From Fibrobacterales bacterium (lineage in GTDB: Bacteria > Fibrobacterota > Fibrobacteria > Fibrobacterales > JAOPTW01): a stretch of 64,000 nucleotides of DNA. The stretch spans positions 1-64,000 of the forward strand of contig JAOPTW010000013.1 of the NCBI GenBank assembly GCA_051532035.1, written 5' to 3'. Position numbers and translations under genes: made by a program. The notes beneath the pieces were generated by a model. It did not search any database and had not been told where the DNA came from. It was given only the letters and a program-made list of their open reading frames with translations. How positions within the stretch are numbered: position 1 is the first letter of the stretch; each line of letters opens with the position of its first letter. This document shows, piece after piece, positions 8,820 through 19,500 of this stretch.

Positions 8820-11210
8820 ATGAACCTTAAGAATTACAGCGGCGTATCGAATAGGCCAAGAACCCTTACTGTTAAAAAACTCATATGTATTATTTGGGGT
8901 TGTATTTGTCTATGTATGGGCAATGGGTATTCAAGTGAAGAAGAGGGTCAATACTACCAAAAATTATTTGATATGGATTTAGAAAACCTAATGAAAATCA
9001 AAATAACAGCCCAAAAAAGAAAAGAACCGCTTATTGATGTGCCCATTGCTGTATCTGTTATTCAAAAAAATCAAATGTATAATCTTTTTGCCCATAACAT
9101 TGAGACTCTGCAATTATTGGTCCCATCACTGAGTTACCGAAAAGGTAACACCAATAGAAATTCTACATTAACCATTAGAGGAATCGGAACGGTTTCATTC
9201 AGTACCGCAGTTGAGCCCAGCGTTTCAACGGTAGTGGATGGAGTGGTACTTGGGCGCTCTGGGCAGGCATTCTCCGATCTGTATGACTTAGAAAGAGTAG
9301 AGGTTCTCCGCGGCCCACAGGGAACCTTGTTTGGTAAAAATGCTTCAGCAGGAGTAATTAATATTACAACTCAAAGTCCGAAAGATACGTTTGGTGTTAC
9401 TGTGGATACGCGTATATTTGAGGATTATGAGTATCGAATGATATCCAAGGTTGAAGGGCCGATATCAAATGACGCATCAGCAAGCCTCACCTTATTAACG
9501 GCTGGTTTTAATGGGTATGTGACCAATGTATACAATAACGAAGCTGTAAATGGATATGAACGAACTGGATTAAGGGGTAAACTGCATCATAACATATCCA
9601 GTGACCTCAAGCTAAAAATTATTCTCGAATCATATAACGCAGATGATAATTGCTGCGCTGACTTGGAAGGTTTGCCCAGTGGACGAAACCCCGCTTCAGG
9701 AGCGACACCGAATAGCTCCGGAATTGATGACAATGACAATGCTGATATTGATTTGAAACAACGTCGAATTGATCATGATTTTGAGACGAAAACCACCGAT
9801 GAAACAAAAGCTGTTACCATTCAATTTGACCAACGTATCTTTGATTTTACGTTAACCTCTATCACTGGCTACAGAATCTGGGAAAATACAGAATATCGGG
9901 AAGGTGACTTTACCTCTATTGCCGGATCAGATACCACGCCGGTATTTGATGTACCATTTCAGTTACATGACATTGGTCCGTCACAATGGCATCAAGCTTC
10001 TCAGGAAGTCCGCTTAGCGTCTTCAACAGATGGACGACACACCTATCAACTCGGAGCATTTCTATGGGACATGGCTTCAAAGCGAAGCTTTACCCGTTCC
10101 GCTAGCTGTCAGAATAACGCTGGTCAAAATGACGCCATACTTGCCGCCAATCAGGATTTAAGCTGCAACGCCAATGATATTGTTGAGGCAACTGCTCATT
10201 TTACAACTCATTTTCAAAATTCAGCTCTGTTTGGAGACGGTAGAATTGAAGTCATTAATGATCTTCGCGTTTTATATGGATTGCGGTACGCGTATGATAA
10301 AATATCATTCAAACACAATCGAGTCAATAGTGATGCATTTGGTCGACAAGGTGTAGGAGTAAAAGCAGCATCAGACAATAGCGACTTTCAAAACAAAACG
10401 GATGAAACAAACCTGTCAGGAAAGTTGGGGTTGCAATACGACATGTTTGAATCAATAAAATTATATGCCACCTGGACACAAGGATATAAAGGACCGGGAT
10501 TCAATGTTTTCTATAACATGGTTGAAAAAGATATCGCTCCTATTAACCCTGAAAAATCCAATGCGTATGAATTTGGTTTAAAGATAGCGGATAATAACTT
10601 TTACATTAATACTGCACTCTTTTACACATTGTTTTCAGGATTTCAGGCAAATAATTTTGATCTATCTGGGGGGACGACCATTACAAGACTCACAAATGCA
10701 GGTGATGTAAGTACGTACGGTGCAGAGGTTGATTACAATTGGCAAATTACCGACAACCTGAATGTTTCTGGTAGAGGCTCATATATACAGGCTAAAATTG
10801 ATAAATTTAATTGTCCTGCAGGTATTGAAACCTGTAGCGAACGCATCAATTCTGATTTACCTTTTTCACCGGATTTTAAAATAACGGTAGCCTCTACCTA
10901 TACGATTCCAACAAGTATTTTTTACATCATACTACACAGCTCACTTATTTATACCGATGAACAACAATCGGATTTACCCAATAACGAAACTGGAGAAATT
11001 AATCCCGCTGCATTGCTCCCGGCATTTTATCAGCTTAATGCAAACATAGCACTTTCATTCAATCAGGATGCATTCAGAATAACCTTTATCGGCAAAAATT
11101 TAACTGACAAACATTATGTTACAACTTACAGCGGTGATAATTTCCGGTATCAATACCCGAGAGATGGAAGCCGATATTTTGGACTGGCATTTACAACGAA
11201 ACTATTTTGA
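8820..11210 (+). CDS. TonB-dependent receptor
   Basis: Plug motifs TAQKR.E.L.DVPIAVS and ERVEVLRGPQGTLFGKNASAGVINI; C-terminal NL.DK.Y..., terminal Phe. Confidence 0.93.
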   Translation: MNLKNYSGVSNRPRTLTVKKLICIIWGCICLCMGNGYSSEEEGQYYQKLFDMDLENLMKIKITAQKRKEPLIDVPIAVSVIQKNQMYNLFAHNIETLQLLVPSLSYRKGNTNRNSTLTIRGIGTVSFSTAVEPSVSTVVDGVVLGRSGQAFSDLYDLERVEVLRGPQGTLFGKNASAGVINITTQSPKDTFGVTVDTRIFEDYEYRMISKVEGPISNDASASLTLLTAGFNGYVTNVYNNEAVNGYERTGLRGKLHHNISSDLKLKIILESYNADDNCCADLEGLPSGRNPASGATPNSSGIDDNDNADIDLKQRRIDHDFETKTTDETKAVTIQFDQRIFDFTLTSITGYRIWENTEYREGDFTSIAGSDTTPVFDVPFQLHDIGPSQWHQASQEVRLASSTDGRHTYQLGAFLWDMASKRSFTRSASCQNNAGQNDAILAANQDLSCNANDIVEATAHFTTHFQNSALFGDGRIEVINDLRVLYGLRYAYDKISFKHNRVNSDAFGRQGVGVKAASDNSDFQNKTDETNLSGKLGLQYDMFESIKLYATWTQGYKGPGFNVFYNMVEKDIAPINPEKSNAYEFGLKIADNNFYINTALFYTLFSGFQANNFDLSGGTTITRLTNAGDVSTYGAEVDYNWQITDNLNVSGRGSYIQAKIDKFNCPAGIETCSERINSDLPFSPDFKITVASTYTIPTSIFYIILHSSLIYTDEQQSDLPNNETGEINPAALLPAFYQLNANIALSFNQDAFRITFIGKNLTDKHYVTTYSGDNFRYQYPRDGSRYFGLAFTTKLF

Positions 11211-11369
11211 TAAAATGTTAGGTGAATAAATTTACCTATATACCGGTTTCTGTTGTCTCATATGTTCAGTCACTATAGTCCACTGTCCGCAAAACTTAGT
11301 CTGGATCAATGTCAACTTTTATATATTGAAGCCTAAAGAAAAAATGTAACGGTAACTAGAGGATCACTC

Positions 11370-11915
11370 GTGAAAGTAACTGAAGATATTTGGCATGAAT
11401 ACCAATCACGGTTGGCTGCATTCATAAGAAGCAAGGTAGACGAGGGAGCGGTTGATGACCTTCTCCAAGAAGTCTTTGTTAAAGTTCATTTACGCATAGA
11501 CTCTTTAAAGGATGATACACGATTAGAAAGTTGGCTCTATCAGATTACCCGAAATGCCATAATTGATTATTATCGTACTAGACCAAAATCAGAAGAGTTA
11601 AGTGACTGGTTAGAGTCTCCTCAGCTCAAAGAGACCGATGTGGTGAAAAAAGAACTTGCTTCATGTTTAGAGCCTATGATTAGAGAGCTTCCTGACAAGT
11701 ATCGCACAGCCATTCAACTATCAGAAATAGAAAATAAAACTCAAAAAGAGGTAGCTGAACAGGTGGGTATATCAATATCCGGTGCTAAATCAAGAATTCA
11801 GCGAGGTAGAGGTTTGCTCAAAACGATGCTTGATGATTGCTGTGTTTTTGAGACAAATAAGCATAACCAAATCCTCTCCTATGAAGAAAAACAAAAAAAA
11901 TGTGGTGATTGTTAA
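11370..11915 (+). CDS. sigZ: ECF RNA polymerase sigma factor, SigZ-like, Cys-rich C-terminus
   Basis: DDLLQEVF.K, SWLYQITRNAIIDYYR, LPDKYR.A, S.SGAKSR.QRGR..LK..L.DCC. Confidence 0.85.
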   Translation: MKVTEDIWHEYQSRLAAFIRSKVDEGAVDDLLQEVFVKVHLRIDSLKDDTRLESWLYQITRNAIIDYYRTRPKSEELSDWLESPQLKETDVVKKELASCLEPMIRELPDKYRTAIQLSEIENKTQKEVAEQVGISISGAKSRIQRGRGLLKTMLDDCCVFETNKHNQILSYEEKQKKCGDC

Positions 11916-11921
11916 AAATAG

Positions 11922-11949
11922 TGCGTCCTTTTCGAGTCCTCTCCGTCTA
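11922..11949 (+). promoter_or_regulatory. Putative ECF-type promoter of arsM (CGTC-N16-CGTC)
   Basis: TGCGTC at 11922-11927 and CGTCTA at 11944-11949, about 40 bp before the arsM start. Confidence 0.5.
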
Positions 11950-11988
11950 TATAGGTGAAGTAACATTTATTAACCTCTCTAAAGGAGA

Positions 11989-12801
11989 ATGACAATGACT
12001 CAAATAAAAAATGACCAAATACGTAAATCAGTCCGTGAAACTTACGGGAAGATCGCCCTTTCTGATGCAACAGTAACTAGTTGTTGCGCGCCCTCATGCT
12101 GTGATGATAGCGGTTCATCCGCAAAAGCAACATCAATGGAGCTCGGATACTCATCGTCCGATGTCAATGAAGTGCCAGAAGGCGCAAATATGGGATTAGG
12201 GTGCGGCAACCCTAAGGCAATCGCATCATTGCAAAAAGGCGAAACCGTTCTTGATTTAGGCAGTGGTGGTGGATTTGATGCGTTTCTTGCAGTTCAAGAA
12301 GTGGGAAAAGCGGGGTCTGTAATTGGGGTCGATATGACGTCAGAAATGGTGAGTAAAGCACGAGCCAATGCTGACAAACTAGGCCATAGCAATGTAGATT
12401 TTCGTTTGGGTGAGATAGAGCATCTCCCCGTCGCCGATTCAGTGGTTGATGTTATCATCTCTAACTGTGTTATCAATTTGTCACCAGAAAAACTACAGGT
12501 GTTTAAAGAGGCGTATCGAGTGTTAAAGCCTGGTGGACGTTTAGCAATTTCGGATGTGGTTGCAACTGCAAAGATGCCTGAAAAGGTCAAGGGTGATATG
12601 GCATTATACACGGGTTGTATAGCAGGAGCTTCGCCAATTTCAGACATTGAAGCAATGCTGAAAGATGCCGGCTTTGAAAATATCTCAATTAAACCTAAGG
12701 ATGAAAGTAGAGAGTTTATCCGCAATTGGGTACCAGAAGGTGCTATGGAAGATTATGTTGTCTCAGCAACAATTGAGGCCGTTAAGCCTTATTTGTTATA
12801 A
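11989..12801 (+). CDS. arsM: Arsenite S-adenosylmethionine methyltransferase
   Basis: GLGCGNP, VLDLGSGGGFD, IISNCVINL, VLKPGGR, GCIAGA; RBS AAGGAG. Confidence 0.92.
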   Translation: MTMTQIKNDQIRKSVRETYGKIALSDATVTSCCAPSCCDDSGSSAKATSMELGYSSSDVNEVPEGANMGLGCGNPKAIASLQKGETVLDLGSGGGFDAFLAVQEVGKAGSVIGVDMTSEMVSKARANADKLGHSNVDFRLGEIEHLPVADSVVDVIISNCVINLSPEKLQVFKEAYRVLKPGGRLAISDVVATAKMPEKVKGDMALYTGCIAGASPISDIEAMLKDAGFENISIKPKDESREFIRNWVPEGAMEDYVVSATIEAVKPYLL

Positions 12802-12802
12802 A

Positions 12803-12985
12803 ATACTATGTACGCCGGTCAATTTGCATGCCAATATGTTCTTGAATTTTCTGTATGAGACCGGCTTTCGCCCTAGTGGTCCGATAAGAGTGACGTAACG
12901 GTAGGAGGTGTCATTTACTCCTAGGAAGTCCCCTCCCCTTCTCTGAGACAACTCCTGTATGAATTGTATTGACGATTGGAATATT
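12803..12985 (+). mobile_element. Degenerate repeat copy C, abutting the arsM stop
   Basis: Encodes MFLNFLYETGFRPSGPIRVT* against MFLNFLYQSGFYPSDPVRVG* in copy A; same 20-mer at the same offset after the stop. Confidence 0.6.
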
Positions 12986-13115
12986 CATGTAATGTAACGT
13001 TTTAAAGCGCATAAAAGTTTGATTATTGAAATATTCAAATGGTATCAATCAGGAGATTATGTATATTGGATGTCATGATAGATGCTTATATTAGCAATGA
13101 ATAAAAGGTACATAG

Positions 13116-13586
13116 GTGAATACAATAAACAGAATTAAATGCGTACTTATTTTAATCGTAGTTTTGACAGGATCTGCTGCGGCAGAAGGAAATTCTTTTG
13201 TCACTTTAATAAAATACTTCAATGAGGGTCTTGACGCTTCAGAGAATATTGAAAATGACCTCAAGAAATATGCAAGAAAGAAAAATAATGCCGAAATTTT
13301 GAATATCTTGGATCGTAATATTGAACGACAGCTCTGGTTTTCATTTATAACTAGAATTAATGTTGATAACCCTAAATTGCTCTCTAGTTTGGGCTCAATT
13401 ATGATACTCTCTACTAAAAATTATTTAATAGAAATGAGTAAATTAAATGCCATAAAAGAACAAACAGGAGATAGAAAATTAAAGGAGCTTCTTGCTGTAT
13501 ATATCGAACATGTAATGATGGTCCATGAACCTATGAGCAAACTGGCAATTCTGATTTCAAGAAGTACTATAAAAAAAGCAAAATAG
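13116..13586 (+). CDS. Secreted AT-rich hypothetical protein
   Basis: Signal peptide (..SAAA-E); helical composition; RBS AAGG. Confidence 0.55.
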   Translation: MNTINRIKCVLILIVVLTGSAAAEGNSFVTLIKYFNEGLDASENIENDLKKYARKKNNAEILNILDRNIERQLWFSFITRINVDNPKLLSSLGSIMILSTKNYLIEMSKLNAIKEQTGDRKLKELLAVYIEHVMMVHEPMSKLAILISRSTIKKAK

Positions 13587-13954
13587 TATACCTAACAATC
13601 ATTTATTGGTCAAAAAAAGATCACACTATAACGTAATCTGATTGAGCATAATCATTCTTACGAATCACCAGCAGCGGTAGCCAGTTATAATTTTTCTAAA
13701 TGTGAAATTACTACTGGTAGTTTCGCAAGTGTTGTTATAAAAACCGTAAGAAAATTCATGTTTTTTACGAGCATCTTTCTGAGTTAACCAACGTAATATA
13801 TAAATATACTCCTCTGTTGGTTTAATATAGGTTCTTCCTCCCCTAGTACCCGAAACCTACGCAAATGTAAAAACCAATTAAACATAAATTTATCGGACGT
13901 GCTAAAGTGCCTAATTACTATCTTCAATGTATCTTTAAAATTAGGCAATTATTT

Positions 13955-15619
13955 ATGAAAATTTTCACCCTTATATTCACCATTCTAATGCTTTTAGCTT
14001 GCGACACCAAGACTAAAAGTCCTTTAACACCCGAAGCTTCTAATACAGGTTCAGCTAATGTGACCATAACCCTGAAAAGTATTGGTTCTCTTTTAAAAAG
14101 GGAGACACAAGATGCGGTTGCAGAAATTGAATTGCGTCAGTTACTTTTAACCTTAGAATCAGATAGTAGTGATCTTATCGTTGATACCATTGATGTTTCG
14201 GGCAATAATGAAATAATTGTGAGCAAAGAGTATGATGATTTACCTGGAAACCGTAATTGGACTATCTCTGCAATCTCTTACGATACCCTCAACCAAACCA
14301 TACATAGTGATGCCGCAACATTTACTTTGCCTATTGGTGATACCGTAACGGTACAGCTCAATATGGCCGCACAATATTCAATGATCAGAGCAGCGTTCTC
14401 TCCTATACAAGACAGTGTCACTCGATTAGAGTTAGTCATTGATTCGGTGCCTGTTGCCAGTAAAACAATAGCCAAACAACTCCTTGTGGGCTCAACTGAA
14501 TATTTGTCTTTTGATTATCTACAGGTTTCTCCAGATTTGACCAATTCTCATGCTCGTACTATTGAATTAAACGCATATGGTGAGTATAGGGGGGTAAATA
14601 TGTTGTTGTATACTGGTTCACTAACCACTTCAATAATCTCAGGTCTCGATACTGCGTACCATGTTATGCTTGCATGGGTTGGACCGGAATCGAATGGGGC
14701 TTCTATGGAAGTGGTACTGGGAAATGTGGGTACGGTCTTTGTCAATGGAGAGTTTGAATCAAGTCTCCCAGATACCTCAGCTCCTCAAGAAGCACCGTAT
14801 CATGAATATTTTAAAAACAAGTTCTCAATTTCACCCGAAGATATTCCAACGAACTCTTTTATGGCCTATTATTTTAATGATACCAATGATTCTTCTTTGG
14901 TGGCGAGCGAGCCAGTAGACATGCCAATTATAGATTTTATTTACGATTATTTTCATAATATTGATTCTGAAAATTTTGGGGTATATTATGTGGGTAACCT
15001 CTATTTCGATACTGCTACAGCGGTTGAAATAACTATCGATCAAAGCCACTCAAATACTATTATATATGTGAATGGTGTTGAAGTGTCGAATACTACTTCA
15101 AATACGATAAGCCCGTATACGTTTGCTGCAGGTAATAATATTGTAGAAATAGAGCACTACAACAATTGGCACACCACTGATGTCAGTGTAAAATTTGACC
15201 CAGCACTACCCCTAGCAACAACTGAAAATGCGACTGCACTTGTTGCATCACATCCTGATGTGGACATTTGGTATGGTGGTATGTATGATTGTGCACAACG
15301 TTACAACAAATGTGATATTGATTTAGGAGTAACTTCAAAACCAACCCTCCTTTTCTTCACATCGTATCACGCAACTGAGTGGGATCTTGAAGGTGAAGAT
15401 ACCAGTGATATCATTGGTGTTTTTGTAGGGGATTTATCTCCAACATCAAGAATATTAGGGTTACCAAGCCATATTCCTGTGTTCCATATTCCTGGGAATG
15501 TGTATAATTATGATAACCGCTCTCAAGCAAATAGTCTTGTGAACTCATTAACCGGAAGAAACCTCACTGGTTTTTCAGGTATTTATGATGCAAGTTCACT
15601 CGTATTAGAGACCAACTAA
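13955..15619 (+). CDS. Lipoprotein with beta-sandwich domains and a PA14-like module
   Basis: Lipobox LLAC; ENFGVYYVG.L...IYVNG...G.N.VEIE PA14-like pattern; start moved to MKIF. Confidence 0.6.
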   Translation: MKIFTLIFTILMLLACDTKTKSPLTPEASNTGSANVTITLKSIGSLLKRETQDAVAEIELRQLLLTLESDSSDLIVDTIDVSGNNEIIVSKEYDDLPGNRNWTISAISYDTLNQTIHSDAATFTLPIGDTVTVQLNMAAQYSMIRAAFSPIQDSVTRLELVIDSVPVASKTIAKQLLVGSTEYLSFDYLQVSPDLTNSHARTIELNAYGEYRGVNMLLYTGSLTTSIISGLDTAYHVMLAWVGPESNGASMEVVLGNVGTVFVNGEFESSLPDTSAPQEAPYHEYFKNKFSISPEDIPTNSFMAYYFNDTNDSSLVASEPVDMPIIDFIYDYFHNIDSENFGVYYVGNLYFDTATAVEITIDQSHSNTIIYVNGVEVSNTTSNTISPYTFAAGNNIVEIEHYNNWHTTDVSVKFDPALPLATTENATALVASHPDVDIWYGGMYDCAQRYNKCDIDLGVTSKPTLLFFTSYHATEWDLEGEDTSDIIGVFVGDLSPTSRILGLPSHIPVFHIPGNVYNYDNRSQANSLVNSLTGRNLTGFSGIYDASSLVLETN

Positions 15620-15645
15620 CCTCTACATATTTATAGATGATACTG

Positions 15646-15678
15646 AGTACCACCTTTCAATAGGGTGGTACTTTTTTT
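15646..15678 (+). terminator. Rho-independent terminator
   Basis: AGTACCACC-loop-GGTGGTACT followed by a T run, just after the stop at 15619. Confidence 0.85.
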
Positions 15679-15847
15679 ATACCTCTATTGTTCTACAGAT
15701 AATTAGCATTAATGATGGACGGGTACTATACAAGTCCACCTGTAATCACACCAGTTTTAGCAGTTAATTAAAATGATGGCAAGCTAAGTAATTATATGAC
15801 GCCATTATTTCGAGATTTTACATTCCAATTTATTTGAATCCAAAAAA

Positions 15848-16414
15848 TTAAAAACCGAAACCAAAACCAATGTTAGCATCAATCATGATACCTGAATAGG
15901 TGAACTCTGTCATGTTAGAATTTACCTTATAGTTATTCACTGCAGATGCGTTTAAATAACCTACACCGATATCAATAAACATCGTAATTAGGTCGCCCTG
16001 TCCTTTATAACCGAGGTATACATATGCATCTATCGCAGTAATTTTATCATAATCATCTTCTATAGTCCAATACCCGAGTGTAGGTTGCACATAAGTACCT
16101 TCAAATTTCTCAGAAAAGTAATGCCTATAGCCACCAGCAATACCAAGGTGGTCCCAACCAGCAATACTAATAGTTGGAGATACAATTAAAGCCCCCTCCC
16201 CCTCTAATATTGATCTTTCATAACTGAATTTTAGTAATAATGAGTAATTGTTATCTGGATCATTTTTAGAAAATTCATCTTCTGTAGCGGACCTCATTAA
16301 GCTGGTAATTCCTAACAAGGCTGGGTGAATTGATAGTGCATTTTCCTTGATGTCATTAGCAAAAGCAACATGTATAGAAGAGGTTAGTAATAATAAAAAA
16401 ACGAAAGTTTTCAT
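15848..16414 (-). CDS. Small outer-membrane beta-barrel protein (DUF3575-like)
   Basis: Signal peptide; SYER, GYRHYF, G.YVQP, FIDIGVGY; ends GFGF. Confidence 0.65.
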   Translation of the reverse strand: MKTFVFLLLLTSSIHVAFANDIKENALSIHPALLGITSLMRSATEDEFSKNDPDNNYSLLLKFSYERSILEGEGALIVSPTISIAGWDHLGIAGGYRHYFSEKFEGTYVQPTLGYWTIEDDYDKITAIDAYVYLGYKGQGDLITMFIDIGVGYLNASAVNNYKVNSNMTEFTYSGIMIDANIGFGFGF

Positions 16415-16520
16415 AAATAATATCCTTTGTGTGTCCATTGAAAGGAGTAAATATATTTATTAAAAAAGAAATTTCAAATAGAGACGTTGGCGGTCTTAGT
16501 ATGACAACACAACACAATAC

Positions 16521-16555
16521 AAAAAAAGCCCCCACCAGAACTCTGGCAGGGGCTT
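16521..16555 (-). terminator. Rho-independent terminator of the C25 protease gene
   Basis: Minus strand AAGCCCCTGCCAGAGTTCTGGTGGGGGCTTTTTTT. Confidence 0.85.
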
Positions 16556-16583
16556 ATTGTAGTGAGAACTCAGTTATGAGGTC

Positions 16584-19500
16584 TTAGTTTTCTACTAATG
16601 TAACGTTATCAATATTTACATCGATAGAGTTACCACCAACATTGAACACAATACGTGCATTCATATCAGTAGCTTCAGTCATAGTAAAAGTATTTGTAAC
16701 GGTAGTTGAACCACCATTGATAGCGTATATTGATGTTGTGCCAGAATAAGGAGTCCATGGAGAACCATCTTTTTCGAGTTTTACTTCAATATCTCTTGGG
16801 TACTGAGACCATGCATCAAATGATAGCGTGTAGCTTTTACCATTTACAAGCTCAAGTCCACCTTGTTTGAATTGTACATTCCAGCTTGCAGTACCAGCGT
16901 TGCTAATAGTAATTTTACCATTACCATTTTCAACTGAAGCTGATGCAGAAGCAGTTTCAAAGTTTTCAAGGTTCCAGCCAGTGAGCTGTTGCATGAAATC
17001 ACCATTAGTGATCATGTTGATGCCACCCTCTGGGTTAATGGTAAGTGATGCAGATTTTGTTAAACCACCAGTTGCACACGTATACGTGTATGAACCTGCA
17101 GTGTTTGCAGAAAAATAATTCATACCGACCTGTGTCGCAGCAGAAGGGGTGCTGATTGTGTAACTTGGTGTTGCAGAAATGGTATATGCATCACCATACT
17201 GATCAAGACCAGAACAGCTTACTGTAAACATTTCACCTTCAGTTGTAGTAACAGGGTCAACTTTGAGGTCTGCAAGGTACGACGGTTCACGAACACCCTC
17301 AATACCATATACTTGGAATTCATAGAGTGAGTAACCCCATTCTGTAGTACGCTGAGTTCCATGCATTCTGATTTTAGCAACATTTTCTTCGTTAAAAGTA
17401 AACTGATCAAGGCCACCGTTACCATTGGTAACCGTTTCGATTGGATGCCATGTAGACCCATCAGCAGTAACTTCAATAGTGTAGTTACTTGCAGCTGCAG
17501 TTTCCCAGTTTAATGAAACACTGGTTACGGTGAAGGTTCCTTGAAGGTCAATTTCAATCCACTGAGGATCAGCAAAGTCTGAACTCCATCGAGTTGTTGT
17601 AGATCCATCATTTACATATGAGTTATAGTTAGTACCTTCAGTTGAACTTGCAAGTACTGGTTTGTTTTGAGAGATAAGTACTGGATCATGTCTTTCGGTA
17701 ACAGTAACTGATGCGTTCCCTTCAATACGAATATACTGAGATGGTTGGTATCTTACGGTTACTTGTCCTGTTCCTTCGCTCGTACCGGTTACAGTAGGTT
17801 TGTTTACTAACACACCTTGACCAACCATGTATATGTGTTGATCAATCTCAGAAGTAACAGTCATTTGAATGTCATTTTGATCATATACTCTATAGGTGAT
17901 CACTTTAGTTTGATTGAGATCAAGAGTGATATTATCCACGTCAATACGGGTAACTTCTTGCTCTTCAACGACCGTTACAGGAGCACTTCCACGGATGTAT
18001 CCCCCATTCCAGCTAAAACTTACTGTGGCAGTACACGTTCCAGCACTGTTTGCTCTAAATATGTACTGGGCTATGTGTGAACAGCTTGTTCCTACGATTG
18101 AAAAGGTTGGTGGAATTGAAACAAAAAACTCATTGCCAAACTGATCGTATGTTTCGAATGTTGGAGAAAAAGTCTCGTCGACAGATACTGTTTTAGGGTC
18201 TACAACTACTGAAGTGAGTGTTGGTGGTTCTTGACTTTTTTCAGTAAGAGAGATGTTGTCAAAATAGAGGTCGCTTGAGCTTCCGCCTGCATTGATTACT
18301 AAACGCGCGTTAGCATCGGTGTATCCTGCAGTAAAAGTTTCAGTGTATGTATCCCAGCTACTTGAAATTGCATAGGTAACCTGAGAAGAGTATGAAGTCC
18401 ATGGGCTTCCATCTTTTTCAACAATAACATCAACAGAACGAGAGGATTGAGCGCGAGCACTAAAAGAGAGGATGTACTCTTTGCCTGCTTCGATGGCTAT
18501 GTCTCCTTGTTCGTATTGTACGTTCCATGCGTCAGATCCACCATTACTGATTGAGAGGTGGAGTTGACTGCCAGAAGTTGAACCACTCGCAATAGCATCC
18601 ATTGCATTGCTGAGAGACCAGTGTAATGATCCATCGTTGAATTCACCATTTTTAATGAGGTTTTCGGCTGCATTAGGGTCTACAACAGTAAGTGTTGCTG
18701 AACCTGAAACTGCACCTGCATTAATAGTGAGTGGGTATGTGCCAGGAGTACTTCCGGCTTGGAAGTGATTTTGATTAACGTACTGTCCGCCTGCACAATC
18801 AACACTAGAAAGTGCGATGTTCATAACGTTGCCATATTGATCATAGGCAGTGTAGTCCAGGTCTTTACCTTCATTTATGTTATAAGTCATGTCGTTTACT
18901 TGAATAGAAGTAAGTTCTGGATCGGGTAATTCACCTGGAACGCCGTATACTTCAAAATCAAAGAGTGAGTTACCCCATGCAGTTGAACGCTCAAGCGTTT
19001 TAATACGCATGTGATTAATGCCAGTGATAGATACTGGTATTTCAATCACGCCTGGAGTTCCGTTGCTGATCGTTTGTTCTGTAGTCCAATTTACACCATT
19101 AACTGATGATTGTACTTCATAGATTTTCGCACAAGCAGTTTCCCAGTTTAATACCACTTTAGAAACATCAAATGTTCCCTGAAGGTCAACTGCGATCCAC
19201 TCATCGTTTGTCCATAAGCTTGACCAACGTGTTGTTGCATTGCCATCAATTGCATTTTGTGCAAGTACAGTACCATCTTCATATGATGATGACGTTGCTG
19301 TTTTGTTAAGTGCAACATCTGTTACAGGAACTATTGCTTCATTGAGGATTGTTTGAGGATCTCCAAATAGAGTAGTCTCGAAAATAACCCAGCGCATGAT
19401 TGTACCGCCTGCATAGGCAATTTTATCTTCATGACTGTCGGCGTTGAGTGCCCCGAGTGTCGATAGGCCTTCATTAAAATAGCCATCCCAGAATTCGCGA

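Noticed and set aside
13586..13745. Possible integron attC (CCTAAC after a stop; TTGTTATAAAA also near 4512 and 12794)
   Set aside because: No complementary R/L box stem could be built and there is no integrase in the window.
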